DNA of 62,661 bases, counting the filler, from Circinaria calcarea (lineage: Eukaryota), in assembly GCA_051942165.1 (NCBI GenBank). It is 3 parts of 3 records of this genome, joined end to end, with 100 filler letters (N's around TTAATTAATTAA, not from the genome) between each part and the next. Parts side by side here need not be neighbours in the genome. Positions count along the whole stretch, not along the records: positions 41,895 to 62,661 come from JAVECS010000163.1; 2 more parts are not named here. One strand, given 5' to 3'. Below are positions 60,523 through 62,661 of the stretch, piece after piece (the stretch's first letter is position 1; each line of letters begins with the position of its first letter). The notes beneath the pieces are model-generated. The model did not search any database. It was not told where the DNA came from and saw only the letters and a list, made by a program, of their open reading frames with translations. The translations under genes were made by a program, and so were the position numbers.

Positions 60523-61757
60523 CTAACCTGTGGGTCCCTTCAATAGTTTGCTGATGCTCTGACCTAAGCCCTGGGTGAGGACATTGGAGAGTTGCCGTCT
60601 CTCGGTCAATTCCGCTACCAGCTCCGTTTTGCTCTGTTCCAGCGCCTCTCCCCACTGATGTAGCTCGTCCTCTTTGAGCTGGAGTCTCTCCTTCTGTCTC
60701 TGCAGATCGTCACAAACAAAACCGTGTTCCTTGGCGCGTTTTTCCAAGGCTGCTATAGAAGCGTCTCTTCTTGCGGCTTCCTTTTGAAATGCGCTAATGG
60801 CGTTATCTTTCTCGGTCACCGCCCCGGTCAATCGAGTAATCGAAGCGGCCTGATCTGCGAGTTCCTTTTTCAAACCATTCACAGTTGTGGCTTGTTCATC
60901 GACGGTCTTTCCCAACGGGCTGCGGGACTTCGAACCTTCTGAAATACTTGCCTTTAACCAGCTGATCAAGTCGTTGTTTTCTTTGAGAATGCCTGTCTTT
61001 CGATCAAGCTCGCGGCGGAGACCTGCGGTGTCACGAGACATTATCTGCATCTGGTTCTTGAGCCCCTGGACTTCTTTCTCCGAATCGGCATTGTTCCATT
61101 GCAAGCGCCACTTCAGACCGAGAATCACTCCCTCATACTTTAGGTTCTGCGGTAAATTCTGCAGATTCTTCGCATGGGGATTCTTGCTGTAGTAACTCGC
61201 TTCGTTGTGCCGATCTCGTTTCCTTGATGGTGAATGTTCTTGGTGGGGAAAGCCATTGACTTGATCGATGCTAAGCACCCTGATGATCCGTGATTCCAAG
61301 GTTTTGCATCGTTCGCAAATCCATTGCGCGTCATCGGCGATGTGACTGGTGCAGCAGCGCCTGTGATATGCTTCCTCGCACGCCGCGCAGGAAAGGATTA
61401 TATCTTCGACTGTGGACGTGGGGGTCCGGCACTCTCTACAATACTTCACTTGAAAAGCCTCCATGAAACGTGCATACATTGATCCACTCGGTGTTGGTTG
61501 CAACTCAAATACCATTTCGATCTCCTGAACAAATTGTCACTATACACAGTTGTTGCTACCATTATGGAGTTCAACATACGTCGGTTTGTTTCAAGGATGG
61601 ACTTGCTCGCCTCTCAAAGGTATTATTAGGCCTAAATCTTGTACGTGGTCGACGTCGGCGTCGTTCTTTGTTCGGTCCCTAAGCAACTGGTGAGTGACTA
61701 CTTGAATATGGAACCAACAAGCGCACTGTAGCTTACTTTTGCTTGGGTTATCAAATT
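60523..61757 (-). CDS. PHD-finger + coiled-coil protein; 5' end uncertain
   Basis: C4HC3 pattern CRECR..LSCAACEEAYHRRCC..WICERC followed by a long heptad region. Main exon 61524-60523. In-frame candidate upstream exons 61678-61580 and 61757-61737 have plausible splice signals. Confidence 0.65.
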
Positions 61758-62661
61758 CTTAAAGCCACAGTTGAGTTAGCTTCTGCGCCCTGCTACCCAC
61801 AATGATCGCCTCATACCGAATGCATCCTTCTTATTGCATCTTTCGAGTGATATGGGGAAGCCTGTACACGGTGTCCGGTAAATATGAGGCATATAGGACC
61901 GGCGGTATCGTCAAGTCAACAAACCTTGCAAGTATCCTTCCGGGATTCGCGACTTTCGCGCCTTTTGATCAGTTCCGCTGTCTCTGCCGGAGTCCAGGGA
62001 ACAGTGGGAGAGGTCTGTTTAGCTTCTCAGTACAGAGTAAGGTCTCAGTAATGTGCGAGAGGATGTACCGAGTATGAATTGACATTTGAGGACATGATAT
62101 GTCACCGCGAGGAAGGAAAGGTTACTTTTCAGAACACCAACATGGACTTGGAGTGAAAGGCAGAGAGATTGGTCCGAGATTCTCTCTCGAAACGTTGATG
62201 CCGTGCTAGTTTTCGAAATTCAAGCATAAAACAGGATCAAAGCTGCTTCACTACACGTCGCCGAAGTGCTAACAGGACCATTGTTCCATAGCCAAAAGGT
62301 ATAAAAAGTCGATTCCTCAAAAAGCTTCTCCAAGTTAGTGAGACGGTATTAATGTGCCCATTTCTGTGAGAATTTTCGAGGGAGGCTGCACCTGCACCAC
62401 AGGCTTATTGGTTGACGAATAGGATCCCTTCCGGTTCAAAACTTGCTGGGTATCGGAAATCTGCATCGACCGTTTACTTCAACGGCGACACTGGAGACCG
62501 TTTGATTGGGTTGTGCAAGGGTCTTTTGTCGGCGCTAGTGGGTTAAAAAGCTGTGTAACGTCCTGGAAGCACCTTGGACCGCCCACGGCCTGTTCTGCCT
62601 CCGGGATTGTTTTATGACTGTTTCCCTTTTCCCAAATGCATGGATTACTCCGTACATACCT

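Overview
Intron-containing DNA from a filamentous ascomycete fungus (Pezizomycotina-type genes, GT-AG introns with CTRAC/CTRAT branch points). The window is three ~20.8-kb contigs joined by artificial 100-bp spacers (N44-TTAATTAATTAA-N44 at 20852-20951 and 41795-41894), so adjacency across spacers is not meaningful. Contig 1 (1-20851) is an accessory island resembling non-self recognition/cell-death loci. It holds a head-to-head pair: a HeLo-like + kinase-like (DUF7580-type) gene and a mosaic zinc-finger/PHD/TPR gene carrying apparently captured host domains. It also holds a DUF3632 gene with an in-frame stop and a three-gene block: an orphan membrane protein, a SesB-like hydrolase-TPR-ankyrin protein lacking a NOD domain, and a divergent HET-domain protein. 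Contig 2 is core genome: TBP, a conserved SCI1-like protein, OMS1-like methyltransferase, GDS1-like protein, an SR splicing factor with a microexon and long regulatory intron, and NOT1. Contig 3 holds a C2H2 transcription factor behind a ~5-kb non-coding region, a Gin4/Hsl1-family kinase, RQT4/TRIP4, a small membrane protein, an SHB17-like phosphatase and a PHD/coiled-coil protein. Family assignments come from recalled motifs, not database searches, and exon boundaries were derived by eye.
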